DNA of 32,000 bases from Geotalea uraniireducens Rf4 (GCF_000016745.1 NC_009483.1:2100001-2132000), one strand, 5' to 3'; positions 1-9,138 are shown, counted from the stretch's first letter. Notes: generated by a model from the sequence alone, not told the origin. Made by a program: numbers and translations.

Positions 1-89
1 GCCGGACGACGTTAAAAGTCAATTGCCTTGCCACTACCTTCCGCTTCATTGACAAGAAAGAGATAAAAGATGAAAAGAAAGGAAAATAG
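1..89 (+). CDS. pilO: 3' end of an upstream ORF, probably type IV pilus assembly protein PilO (partial)
   Basis: Frame 3 is open from the window edge to TAG at 87-89 (...RTTLKVNCLATTFRFIDKKEIKDEKKGK*). It overlaps the pilP ATG (70) by 20 nt. Its position just upstream of pilP-pilQ fits the conserved pilMNOPQ order. The fragment is too short for a real homology call. Confidence 0.4.
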   Translation, partial: RTTLKVNCLATTFRFIDKKEIKDEKKGK

Positions 90-621
90 ATTACGTGTAA
101 TTACTCTGCTTTTTATTGTGTCCGGGCTGGTATTTATTGGATGCAAAAAGAAAGAAGATATTACTGTGCAGCAGGCGGCGCAACCAAAAGTTGCAACAAA
201 GCCAAATGTGCCTGTGCAGAAACAGCCTTCATCAGCTAAAGGCACTGCTTCAGGTGTCATGAATTATGACTTCAAAAATAAAAAAGATCCTTTTAAGGCT
301 TTCTTGATGCCGACTGAGCCGTCTGCGTCCAAAGCAAAGACGGTTAAAGCAAGAACATCAGAACTCTTGCCGATACAAAATTATGATGTTAGCAAGTTCA
401 CCGTTTCCGGGATAATTACCGGGCTTAAGGAAAACAAAGCTTTAATAATAGACCCGACCGGCAAGGGATATGTCGTCAGACAGGGGATGCTGATCGGAAA
501 TAACGATGGTCGCATCACCAGGATATCACCGTCGTCTATCGAAATTTCTGAACAGTTCCGTGACGATAGCGGTCATGTAAAGAAAAGAAAAATTGTGCTG
601 CCACTGGCCAAGAAAAAGTAA
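70..621 (+). CDS. pilP: type IV pilus assembly lipoprotein PilP
   Basis: 183-aa ORF with a signal peptide ending in a lipobox-like FIGC (Cys25). The C-terminal region is beta-rich (YDVSKFTVSGIITGLKENKALIIDPTGKGYVVRQGMLIGNNDGRITRISPSSIEI), which is typical of PilP. It lies 12 nt upstream of the secretin gene. Confidence 0.75.
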   Translation: MKRKENRLRVITLLFIVSGLVFIGCKKKEDITVQQAAQPKVATKPNVPVQKQPSSAKGTASGVMNYDFKNKKDPFKAFLMPTEPSASKAKTVKARTSELLPIQNYDVSKFTVSGIITGLKENKALIIDPTGKGYVVRQGMLIGNNDGRITRISPSSIEISEQFRDDSGHVKKRKIVLPLAKKK

Positions 622-633
622 GGAGATTTCCAG

Positions 634-3468
634 ATGAGAATGTATTCAAGCAGAATCATTTGCCATGCACTGATACTCATCTTTATCATGGCTGTTTCTG
701 GTTGTGCAAAAAGAATGGTAGCGGCAAAAGATGTGAACCAGATTGAAACGGCAGGTGTCGCTGCTGTTCAGGCAATCAATGTTAAAGACGACACCTCTCA
801 GATAGAAATTTCCACTAACCGGCCGTTAACATATACATCCTATAAGACAAGTGATCCGCCGAAGGTTTTTATCGACCTTGCTCAGACGGAACCGGGTGCA
901 GTGACCAAGCCGTTAGAGTTCGCTTCAGGCAATGTAAAAAGTGTCAATTTGTCCAGGCAGGATTTTGGCGGTGGTTTTCTCACACGTGTTGAGATCGCAC
1001 TGAATAAAGACGTGGATTTTTCAGTAAGCACAGATCCAGCGGATCGGGGCAAATTGCTGGTTACTTTCGCTAAACCCCAGGTTGAAGAAAAGTCGTCCAA
1101 AGCCGAGGTTGAAAAGCAGGGGCAGGTAGCGTCAAATGTCGAGGAAAATGCAGCCAAACCCGATGTGAAGCCGGAAACGAAATCTCTGAACGCGGAAATG
1201 TATAAACAGGCCGCTGCTGAAGTGGCTGCCGGAGTAAATGTTGTAACCCATGAGACGAAGCCGGAAGTTGTTGCCGAGGTCAAGGAAGGAGCCAAGATTG
1301 CCACGCCGGGGTCTAATCCTGTCGAACTACAGACAAGCGTCGAAGTAAAAGAGCCACCCAAGGCCGAAGCAGAGGTTAAATCTGAAATTGCTCCACAGTT
1401 AAAGACGTTAGATGCCATCAACATAGTGAACGATGGGGTTGAAATTATCGTGAATGGTGGCGTGGACTCCTTTAACACATTCAAGTTGAACAAGCCGGAC
1501 CGTCTGGTTGTGGATATTTTTGGCGCTAAGAATTCGATCTCTGCAAATTTTATAAGTATCAACCGTTTTGGCGTCGGTAAAGCCAGAGTCGGCGTAACAC
1601 CGGAAAAGGTACGTATCGTCTTTGACGCGGCCGCTGAAGCGCTCCCTGCTTACGAAGTGGCAAAGACTGACAATGGTTTAAAGATACATTTGTCTGATAT
1701 ATCCGCAGAGCAGCCAGCAAAGAACGTCAACGAGCCTCTCGACGAGCCGGCAAAGCCGGCATCTGAAGCAAAAAAAGTCGTAAAGACTGAAACAGGTTCG
1801 ATAGAGTCGATTGACTTTAATGTCGTGGATGGAAACTCCAGGATTGCCATAAAGCTTAACGGAGACTGTATTTCAGGTAAGCCGATTAAGACAGCCAAAG
1901 GTCTGTCGTTTACAATCAAGAATTGTCGGATTCCGAAAAAACTTCAGAGAACGCTGGACACGAGAGGTTTTGCAGGCCCAGTCCAAAGCATTACTCCTTA
2001 CCAGGTAAAAGTAGCTGGCGGGATGGATGTAAGAATTCTCGTAAAGCTGCGAGGAAAGGCGCCTTACACGATCAATCAGGATGGCGATATTCTCCTTTTG
2101 GATATCAAGAACCCGGAAGTGACAGAAACCCCGGCGCTTGTTTCCGGGGTAACAAGGGAAAAAGCTGCACCTGCCGCACCTAAAATCGAGGAAGAGTTCA
2201 TGGCTGCCCCGGCGAAGGAACCGGAAGCTTTTGCCGAACTTCCCTCGTCTGCTGTTTCCAAACAGGTAACGAAAAAGGTATATACGGGCAGGAAGGTTAC
2301 CCTGGAATTTTCCGATGCCGATATTAGAAAGATTTTCCAGCTTATTGCCGAAGTCAGTAACCTGAATTTTCTTATAGCTGACGATGTCAGTGGTACGATC
2401 AGCATCAAACTGGTCAATGTGCCATGGGACCAGGCGCTTGACGTGATACTCGATACCAAGGGCCTGGGCATGCAGCGCGAAGGCAACATTGTCCAGATCA
2501 AGCCGAAGGCCAAGATGCAGTCGCAGGCGGACGAAGAAATTGCCGCAAAAAAAGCCCGTGAAAGGGCCATGGAGCTGCGTACCGAGGTCTTTGATGTCAA
2601 CTACGCCGCTGTTGCCGATATTGTCACACAGTTCAACACTTTGAAAAGCGAGCGGGGTATTATTACCTCTGATGTGCGTACCAATAGGGTTATCGTCAAG
2701 GATATCGCAACCGCCATCGAAGACATGAAGTCGCTCCTTAAAAATCTTGATTCGCCCGAGAAGCAGGTGATGATTGAGGCGCGAATCGTAGAGGCTCAAA
2801 CATCATTCGTCCGCGACCTGGGTGTTCAGTGGGGACTGCATTACGTTGATGGCTCGGCTTCCGTTGCAGGAATAAGCCGGTTCGACACAGGTTTCGGCGG
2901 CGTTGTCACTCCGCCGCCAACCTCTGGCACTTCCGGTCCGGGGGCAGCTGCCGGCATGTCATTCGGTAAATTAGCCAGCAACATCCAGATTGATATGCGG
3001 CTTTCGGCTGCTGTCACTGCTGAGCAGATAAAGATCATATCTTCGCCGCGAGTGGTTACGCTCAACAACAAGCCCGCGAAAATATCCCAGGGCGCGTCTA
3101 TTCCGTATCAGACCACTTCTGCTGAGGGGACAAAGACGGAATTTGTCGAGGCTGCCCTTACTCTTGAGGTGACACCACATATTACATCTGATGGCAGCAT
3201 CGGCATGAAGATCAAGGCATCCAACAACTCAGCCGGCACCGGTTCACCGCCACCTATCAACAAAAAAGAGGCGACTACCGAACTGCTGGTGAAAAACGGC
3301 GAGACCACGGTCATTGGCGGGATATACGTTGACAGTGAAACGGATAACGATAAAGGGGTCCCTTTCCTGCAAGATATTCCACTGCTTGGTTGGCTATTTA
3401 AATCTAATACCAAAAATAAATCCAAGAACGAACTGCTTATTTTCATTACGCCGAAGATAATCAGTTAA
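634..3468 (+). CDS. pilQ: type IV pilus secretin PilQ with N-terminal AMIN-like modules
   Basis: 944-aa ORF with AGGAG (621-625) 8 nt before the ATG. It has an N0/N1-like segment (VTLEFSDADIRKIFQLIAEVSNLNFLI...VPWDQALDVIL). The C-terminal secretin core reads VMIEARIVEA...KIISSPRVVTLNNKPAKISQG..IPYQT...GVPFLQDIPLLGWLFK...ELLIFITPKII. Three AMIN-like beta modules occupy about aa 45-147, 258-354 and 389-490. Confidence 0.95.
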   Translation: MRMYSSRIICHALILIFIMAVSGCAKRMVAAKDVNQIETAGVAAVQAINVKDDTSQIEISTNRPLTYTSYKTSDPPKVFIDLAQTEPGAVTKPLEFASGNVKSVNLSRQDFGGGFLTRVEIALNKDVDFSVSTDPADRGKLLVTFAKPQVEEKSSKAEVEKQGQVASNVEENAAKPDVKPETKSLNAEMYKQAAAEVAAGVNVVTHETKPEVVAEVKEGAKIATPGSNPVELQTSVEVKEPPKAEAEVKSEIAPQLKTLDAINIVNDGVEIIVNGGVDSFNTFKLNKPDRLVVDIFGAKNSISANFISINRFGVGKARVGVTPEKVRIVFDAAAEALPAYEVAKTDNGLKIHLSDISAEQPAKNVNEPLDEPAKPASEAKKVVKTETGSIESIDFNVVDGNSRIAIKLNGDCISGKPIKTAKGLSFTIKNCRIPKKLQRTLDTRGFAGPVQSITPYQVKVAGGMDVRILVKLRGKAPYTINQDGDILLLDIKNPEVTETPALVSGVTREKAAPAAPKIEEEFMAAPAKEPEAFAELPSSAVSKQVTKKVYTGRKVTLEFSDADIRKIFQLIAEVSNLNFLIADDVSGTISIKLVNVPWDQALDVILDTKGLGMQREGNIVQIKPKAKMQSQADEEIAAKKARERAMELRTEVFDVNYAAVADIVTQFNTLKSERGIITSDVRTNRVIVKDIATAIEDMKSLLKNLDSPEKQVMIEARIVEAQTSFVRDLGVQWGLHYVDGSASVAGISRFDTGFGGVVTPPPTSGTSGPGAAAGMSFGKLASNIQIDMRLSAAVTAEQIKIISSPRVVTLNNKPAKISQGASIPYQTTSAEGTKTEFVEAALTLEVTPHITSDGSIGMKIKASNNSAGTGSPPPINKKEATTELLVKNGETTVIGGIYVDSETDNDKGVPFLQDIPLLGWLFKSNTKNKSKNELLIFITPKIIS

Positions 3469-3479
3469 GGAGATTCTGT

Positions 3480-4058
3480 ATGAATATAAGATTTTTATTG
3501 GCAGTTGTCGGTATATTATGTAACTCAATCTTGTTGTCATGTGGCAGCGATTTAGGAGGTGGATCGTCTGAATTCAACTCTGTCTTCCTTACCTCAAATA
3601 TTGGTGAATCAATTGTAGAGTCAGACATTGCCAAGCACAAGGCTGCGCCGGATTTTTGTACGTCCACTGATGATATTTCGATACCAGCTGCTGAAACAGT
3701 TGATATTGATGTAACTTCAAATGTTTATCCTAATAATTCAAATGCTGGCTTACTTTCGTCTGTAGAAATCAAATCTGCCACTATCAGTTATTCTCCAGTT
3801 ACATCTAACATACCTGTCATTCCTGTCCAATATGAGCCTTTAGGGGTTACTATTGCTCCTGGCGCCACTGCAACTATACCGATAACAGTAGCAAAGATGG
3901 AGATTAAACAGAGTTTGTTTAACGCATTGGTGTGTACAGGAACTATTTTCTCATATTATGTAACTATCAAAATTGATGCTTTAGAAACTAAAACTGGGAA
4001 GACAGCAAGTTTCGAAAAAATATTAACAGTATCTTTTTCAGATTGGGTGGATAAATAA
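3480..4058 (+). CDS. hypothetical lipoprotein (192 aa)
   Basis: The ATG lies 11 nt after the pilQ stop, preceded by AAGGAG (3467-3472). The signal peptide ends in lipobox LLSC. The mature part is beta-rich with no motif I recognise. The DNA is visibly more AT-rich than pilQ or the downstream giant gene. Confidence 0.7.
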   Translation: MNIRFLLAVVGILCNSILLSCGSDLGGGSSEFNSVFLTSNIGESIVESDIAKHKAAPDFCTSTDDISIPAAETVDIDVTSNVYPNNSNAGLLSSVEIKSATISYSPVTSNIPVIPVQYEPLGVTIAPGATATIPITVAKMEIKQSLFNALVCTGTIFSYYVTIKIDALETKTGKTASFEKILTVSFSDWVDK

Positions 4059-4143
4059 TTAGTTCTGAATGAATATTGCAATGTTTGCACCTGGCTTAGT
4101 GAATTAATTGTGAAGCTTCCAGTTAAGTGCCAAAGGGGATTGT

Positions 4144-7100
4144 ATGAGTATGTATAAGTTTTTGAGAAATCTGCTGATTGTCACGATGTTTGGTACTGTT
4201 ATCGGCTGTTCCGGTAGCGGCAACGGTCTGACTGGCTCAAACGGAGCAGCAGACGGCAAAAGGATGGCGAAACTTGCAGGCAGTGAAATCATCATAAGTG
4301 GTCAAGGACTTAATGCCTTCGGCAGTTATACATCCGCTACAAAGGAAGACCAGCAGAATCCACAAACCATATATCTGGCTGACAAAAATGTGTATTTTGT
4401 CGTTTGGGAGGACTATAGCAACAGAAACACGTCCGGATCCGACATCTACGCACAATATCTTGCGCCGGATGGGAAAACCATTGGACTGTCTTTCCCCGTC
4501 TCCATTGACCCTGGCAATCAGACAGTGCCACAAGTTGCCTATAAAATGGACCCGGCAGGAGCCGACAGCAAGATCGTCATTGCCTGGCAAGATACCAGGG
4601 GAACCGTGAACAATGGTTATGTTTACTTCACCCACATTCCACAGGGAGACATCCCCGCCAGCACTGCAGGGGCAGCTTTTCCCCCCCCCGCAGTGGCTGC
4701 CTCAACTGCGGTCAATTTCAATGCCGTTGAAATGAATACCGTCATCGCGAATGATTCGGTGACTCCGAATTCCAAGTTGGTCGGCAATGGCGACGGTACT
4801 AATACATTATTTACAGCTTCTCTTTTAGCTCCAGTCATTGGTGGAACCGTCCAAGTTACAGTAACAGGTCAAGCCGCCTTAACCTTGGACGACAACGGTT
4901 TCGGCGGTCTAATAGGGACAAACGGCAGCGGAACTATCGACTACAGCACGGGTAAATTGTCACTTTCGTTTTCTACACCACCAAACTTAAATGCGCAGAT
5001 TGTTGCCACTTACTCATACACTCGCCGCACTTATATTAACGGAACTCAGGTTGATAATAATGATACACTTTTGTCTCGCAAACTACCCAAGGTCGTCTAT
5101 GACTCAGTCGGGGACCGCTTCTGGCTGGCCTGGGTTGAATCGAGGAGCCTGCTGAACAGCGTCGATGAAATTGCATTTGAAGGTCCCGGATTACGCAATT
5201 ATCGGACCAAATGGAATGTAGGGGACAATTCTCTCCCCGGCTATGTGATTCTCAAGGGAGATGACCTGACGCAAACCACCTCAATGATGGGGAAAAGCGG
5301 GGCCGATGTTTTACGGAACGGGCTGACCAGAAAAAACAGACTGATAACAAACAGCTCAACAGGTCTTCAGGAGTCATATCAGTACGATTTCTATACCGAT
5401 ATCAACAATCTTACAATTGCCGTTGATTCGACTTCTCCCGAAGTCCTGTTCAGCTGGGAAGGAATAAAGCAAAACGGGACGCTTGAGATTGGCTGCAAGG
5501 ATGAAAACACTAATAGCGTTTGTGATACATTTGAAGCGATTACGACCGATAAGTTCATTTCGACCCCGCAAAATGGTGGCGTTTCACATATTTACGCGAT
5601 ATTTGGCAAGGAGGTAAACCAGGCGGTCATTCCCTCTAAATGGCTTGACAGCGGCAACAGTTCCGGCACGGCCTATAAGCCGACCGCAGCATTCGATCCC
5701 ATAAGCAAGAAGTTTTTGGTCGCATGGGAAGACCTGCGCGGCGGCGTTAACACCAAAATATTCGGGCGGCTGATCTATTCGGGCGGCGGTGTTTACAACA
5801 CGGACTTTAATATAACCAGCTCAACAGATCCGACGGTAACCGGCTCCAAGCAGACCAGCCCTACAATCGCCTATGATTCTGTCAACCAGCGATACTTCGT
5901 TGCTTGGCAGGACGGTCGGGCCGGGACGGTTTCCACGGAAAACCTCGACATATACGGTCAATACGTGGATGCCGACGGATCGCTACGTGGCGCCAACTAC
6001 GCCATATCGATTGCGCCTGGGAGCCAGTATTCTCCGTCCATTGCCTACAATTCCGCCACCAATGAGTTCCTTGGGGTATGGAAAGATTCCAGGAATCAGG
6101 CGATATCCGGTGCGGATGTGTATGGCCAGCGTTTTACACTGGGACAGCCGCAGCTCACGCTGCTGAATCTGGACAATACACCGTTCACTCCTGCACTCCT
6201 CGATTTCGGCTCGGTCACTGTCGGTAAGTCTGCGTATAAATCATTCAAGGTGCGAAACACCGGTGACGTTGCATTGAATATCACATCTGTATCAACGCCA
6301 TCAGGCCCTTTTACTGTCACGCCGCAGTCCACTGCAACCCTGGCGCCCAATGCGGAACAAACCTTTACGGTTACTTACATCCCTGTTTCCGGCAGCGCCA
6401 ATTCAAGCTTTGTCATCAGTTCTGATGCGGAAACCAAAACCATCAGCCTGAGCGGTCTCGGAGTCTCCCCAACCCTTACTCCCGCTTCCAATAATCTGCA
6501 ATTCGGCGACGTCAGTGTGGGACAGAGTTCGGACCAGATTCTGACCATATCAAACAACGGTACGGCAACTGTCAACATTACGAATATCACCGGGTTTTCT
6601 GCGCCCTTCTCTATCGTAACCCCACCGGCACCTCCAGTTCCACTGGCGCCTGGTGATAGCATCCAACTGACTGTCAGGTTTTCTCCGACACAGGCGGGGA
6701 CGTTTACCAGCAACATCAACATAATGACCGACCTGCCATCGATAAATCAGACTATTCAACTGGGTGGGACCGGAAGGCAGCCGCTGCAGACGGTCTCAAC
6801 TACCACCATTGACTACGGAATTGTCACCAACGGCGCCACGAAGGATCTGGCGTTCAATATCGGTAATTCCGGAAATACCGACTTGACGGTCAATTCGTTG
6901 ACATTGTCGGGTACTTCCGCATTCACCCTCGTTTCGCCGCCTGCTCTTCCATTAACTGTGGCATCGGGAGCTGTGCAAACAATAACGATAAGATTTTCGC
7001 CAACGGCTCTTACCACATATAACGGGACTCTCAACGTGGTAAGTAATGGGGGGACCCAGGCGATAACCTTGACTGGTCAGGGGGCAGCGGGATTGATCAG

Positions 7101-9024
7101 TGTAGCTCCCACGGCGCTTGATTTCGGTACCATAGCCTTAAGCAATTCGAAGACAATGCCGGTGACCATTACCAATACCGGTAATGCCCCATTAAGTATT
7201 ACAGGAATTACCAATCCGGCAAATCAAGCATTCACGGTTTCCTATATCGGGACAGTACCGTTAACCCTCTTGCCGAACACAAGCTTTACGGTAATGGTTA
7301 CCTTTACATCCAATGTTGCCGGTGCATTCACCTCAAGCTTCATTATCAACACGGATGCTTCCAATGGTAATCAGACGATCAATCTGCAAGGAAACATGTC
7401 TAATTTTACAATTACGACGCCCTCTCTTCCCCAGGCGCAACTAAACGCTGCGTATAGCCAGACTTTGGCTGCCACGGGCGGACGAGTCCCTTATGCATGG
7501 TCGATTTCACAAGGTGCTCTGCCGACCGGACTGAAGCTTGCTTCCGCAACCGGCGTAATCAGCGGCAAGGTAACTGAGCCGGGAAAATATGACTTTACAG
7601 TACAGGTGACCGACTCCGATGGCAGCATTGCAACAAAGACGCTCTCAATTGCCACGGCAACAGCTGCGACGCCTCTATCCGTAACGACTATTAATATGCA
7701 AAGCGTGAACAATGGGGCTACCTACAGTCAACCGCTTTCCGCAGCCGGCGGCAATCTACCTTACAGCTGGTCTATAGTTAGCGGTACGCTTCCACCAGGT
7801 TTGAACTTGGACTCTGCAACAGGGAATATCAGTGGAACGGCTGGAGGCGGGGGAGACTATAACTTTGTTGCCCAGGTTATCGACAATAATCTGTCGTCTG
7901 CAGTCAAGCTACTTACCATAACGGTAAATAACAGTGCGGTGAGTTCAGGCACGGTGATTTTTACCGATGTGAACAGTGCGCAGATAAATAGTTGCGACTT
8001 CGGCAGCGTTCTCAGGGGGACAACAAGCCAGATAAAAACATTCAGACTACAGAATAACGGCGCAACGGATCTGGTCATTTCCGACTATTCCTTTGCTGAC
8101 CCTGCGTTTATGGCAATTATTGTCAAGGGCTCTACCTTAAAAGTCGGCCAATCGCTGCTGATTAACGTTTCATTCACTCCCCAGTCACTTAAGACCTATA
8201 CCGGCGATCTGACTATAACCACGCAGGTAGGAAGCAGTTACAAACTGCCGATCACAGGAACAGGCGCTACTGCAGTCGCCTCGGTTGCTCAGGGAAGCAG
8301 CGGCTCGACGTCCACAACTGCCGCATATTCTTTTACCTTGGACCCGACTACACCGTTGCTCAATACCACGGCAAAACCAACCGGTTTCACCATTGCCAAT
8401 GCTATTGCCACGCGGGTGGATAATGTTGTCCCATCGGGAACGGTAAATATCGATGTCGACTTTGAGTCGTTGCCTGCAAACCCTGTATTCTACAAGGTGG
8501 TCAACAATGTCTGGACTCAGGTCACACCTGTCAGTCAGAGTGGTAATAAGGTTACCATAGCACTCACTGACAATAATGCCCTGCTGGATGGGGACCCGAC
8601 GCCAGGAATCATCCAGGACCCGCTTGTGGTCGGCACTACCGAAGGTATAATTCCAGACCCTGTCGGCCCCCCAGGGGTAAACAACCCACCACCGTCATCT
8701 GGGGGCAAGAGCGGATGCTTTATTGCGACTGCAGCTTATGGCAGTTATCTTGATCCGCATGTCATGGTGTTGCGGCATTTCAGAGATAACGTGTTGTTGA
8801 AGTCTAAAGCCGGTACAGCATTCGTAAATTTCTACTATAAATACAGCCCGCCTGTAGCCGATTATATAAGAGACCACAAGGCATTGCGGATTCTTACACG
8901 TTTGGCTCTTACACCTTTAATTATTTCTGTAGAATATTTCTGGAGCTTTTCGTTTATAGTACTTGGAGGGATTTGTCTTACTTTATTCAGAATCAAACGG
9001 CGGCGCGAAATTTTGAGCACTTAG
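4144..9024 (+). CDS. giant surface lipoprotein (1626 aa): propeller-like repeats, choice-of-anchor-D/ASH-like domains, putative Ig (He_PIG-like) domains, and a C-terminal CFIATAAYG-box membrane anchor
   Basis: One uninterrupted 4881-nt ORF with lipobox VIGC (Cys22). Repeated blades (YFVVWEDYSNR..DIYAQY, IVIAWQDTRG, FLVAWEDLRGG, YFVAWQDGRAG..DIYGQY, FLGVWKDSRN..DVYGQRF) span about aa 75-665. Four tandem ~95-aa LDFG.V.VG....F.V.N.G...L.I modules span aa 672-1084, and a fifth spans aa 1268-1374. Two LP.A..NAAYSQ.L.A.GG..PY.WS...G.LP.GL.L....G.ISG modules span aa 1088-1261. The C-terminus reads CFIATAAYGSYLDPHVMVLRHFRDNVLL...FYYKYSPPVADYI, followed by a hydrophobic helix and RIKRRRE. Confidence 0.9.
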   Translation: MSMYKFLRNLLIVTMFGTVIGCSGSGNGLTGSNGAADGKRMAKLAGSEIIISGQGLNAFGSYTSATKEDQQNPQTIYLADKNVYFVVWEDYSNRNTSGSDIYAQYLAPDGKTIGLSFPVSIDPGNQTVPQVAYKMDPAGADSKIVIAWQDTRGTVNNGYVYFTHIPQGDIPASTAGAAFPPPAVAASTAVNFNAVEMNTVIANDSVTPNSKLVGNGDGTNTLFTASLLAPVIGGTVQVTVTGQAALTLDDNGFGGLIGTNGSGTIDYSTGKLSLSFSTPPNLNAQIVATYSYTRRTYINGTQVDNNDTLLSRKLPKVVYDSVGDRFWLAWVESRSLLNSVDEIAFEGPGLRNYRTKWNVGDNSLPGYVILKGDDLTQTTSMMGKSGADVLRNGLTRKNRLITNSSTGLQESYQYDFYTDINNLTIAVDSTSPEVLFSWEGIKQNGTLEIGCKDENTNSVCDTFEAITTDKFISTPQNGGVSHIYAIFGKEVNQAVIPSKWLDSGNSSGTAYKPTAAFDPISKKFLVAWEDLRGGVNTKIFGRLIYSGGGVYNTDFNITSSTDPTVTGSKQTSPTIAYDSVNQRYFVAWQDGRAGTVSTENLDIYGQYVDADGSLRGANYAISIAPGSQYSPSIAYNSATNEFLGVWKDSRNQAISGADVYGQRFTLGQPQLTLLNLDNTPFTPALLDFGSVTVGKSAYKSFKVRNTGDVALNITSVSTPSGPFTVTPQSTATLAPNAEQTFTVTYIPVSGSANSSFVISSDAETKTISLSGLGVSPTLTPASNNLQFGDVSVGQSSDQILTISNNGTATVNITNITGFSAPFSIVTPPAPPVPLAPGDSIQLTVRFSPTQAGTFTSNINIMTDLPSINQTIQLGGTGRQPLQTVSTTTIDYGIVTNGATKDLAFNIGNSGNTDLTVNSLTLSGTSAFTLVSPPALPLTVASGAVQTITIRFSPTALTTYNGTLNVVSNGGTQAITLTGQGAAGLISVAPTALDFGTIALSNSKTMPVTITNTGNAPLSITGITNPANQAFTVSYIGTVPLTLLPNTSFTVMVTFTSNVAGAFTSSFIINTDASNGNQTINLQGNMSNFTITTPSLPQAQLNAAYSQTLAATGGRVPYAWSISQGALPTGLKLASATGVISGKVTEPGKYDFTVQVTDSDGSIATKTLSIATATAATPLSVTTINMQSVNNGATYSQPLSAAGGNLPYSWSIVSGTLPPGLNLDSATGNISGTAGGGGDYNFVAQVIDNNLSSAVKLLTITVNNSAVSSGTVIFTDVNSAQINSCDFGSVLRGTTSQIKTFRLQNNGATDLVISDYSFADPAFMAIIVKGSTLKVGQSLLINVSFTPQSLKTYTGDLTITTQVGSSYKLPITGTGATAVASVAQGSSGSTSTTAAYSFTLDPTTPLLNTTAKPTGFTIANAIATRVDNVVPSGTVNIDVDFESLPANPVFYKVVNNVWTQVTPVSQSGNKVTIALTDNNALLDGDPTPGIIQDPLVVGTTEGIIPDPVGPPGVNNPPPSSGGKSGCFIATAAYGSYLDPHVMVLRHFRDNVLLKSKAGTAFVNFYYKYSPPVADYIRDHKALRILTRLALTPLIISVEYFWSFSFIVLGGICLTLFRIKRRREILST

Positions 9025-9064
9025 ATATAGTGGTGTTTAAGTCAATTGTTTAGCTATGAACTGA

Positions 9065-9107
9065 AGACCTTGCAGGTTTTGAAACCTGCAAGGTCTGGCT
9101 TTTTTTA
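9065..9107 (+). terminator. rho-independent terminator after the giant lipoprotein gene
   Basis: Perfect 15-bp inverted repeat AGACCTTGCAGGTTT (9065-9079) / AAACCTGCAAGGTCT (9082-9096), followed by GGC and TTTTTTT (9100-9106). Confidence 0.85.
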
Positions 9108-9138
9108 TCAAGGTGTTTGACAAGTACGAGGAAAAGTA

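Noticed and set aside
4076-4094. A sigma54-like GG-N10-GC element (minus-strand reading CCAGGTGCAAACATTGCAA) between the 192-aa lipoprotein gene and the giant gene
   Set aside because: The orientation is wrong. It would fire antisense into the lipoprotein gene rather than toward the giant ORF. The -24 box also has three mismatches to TGGCAC. No equivalent motif is present on the + strand.
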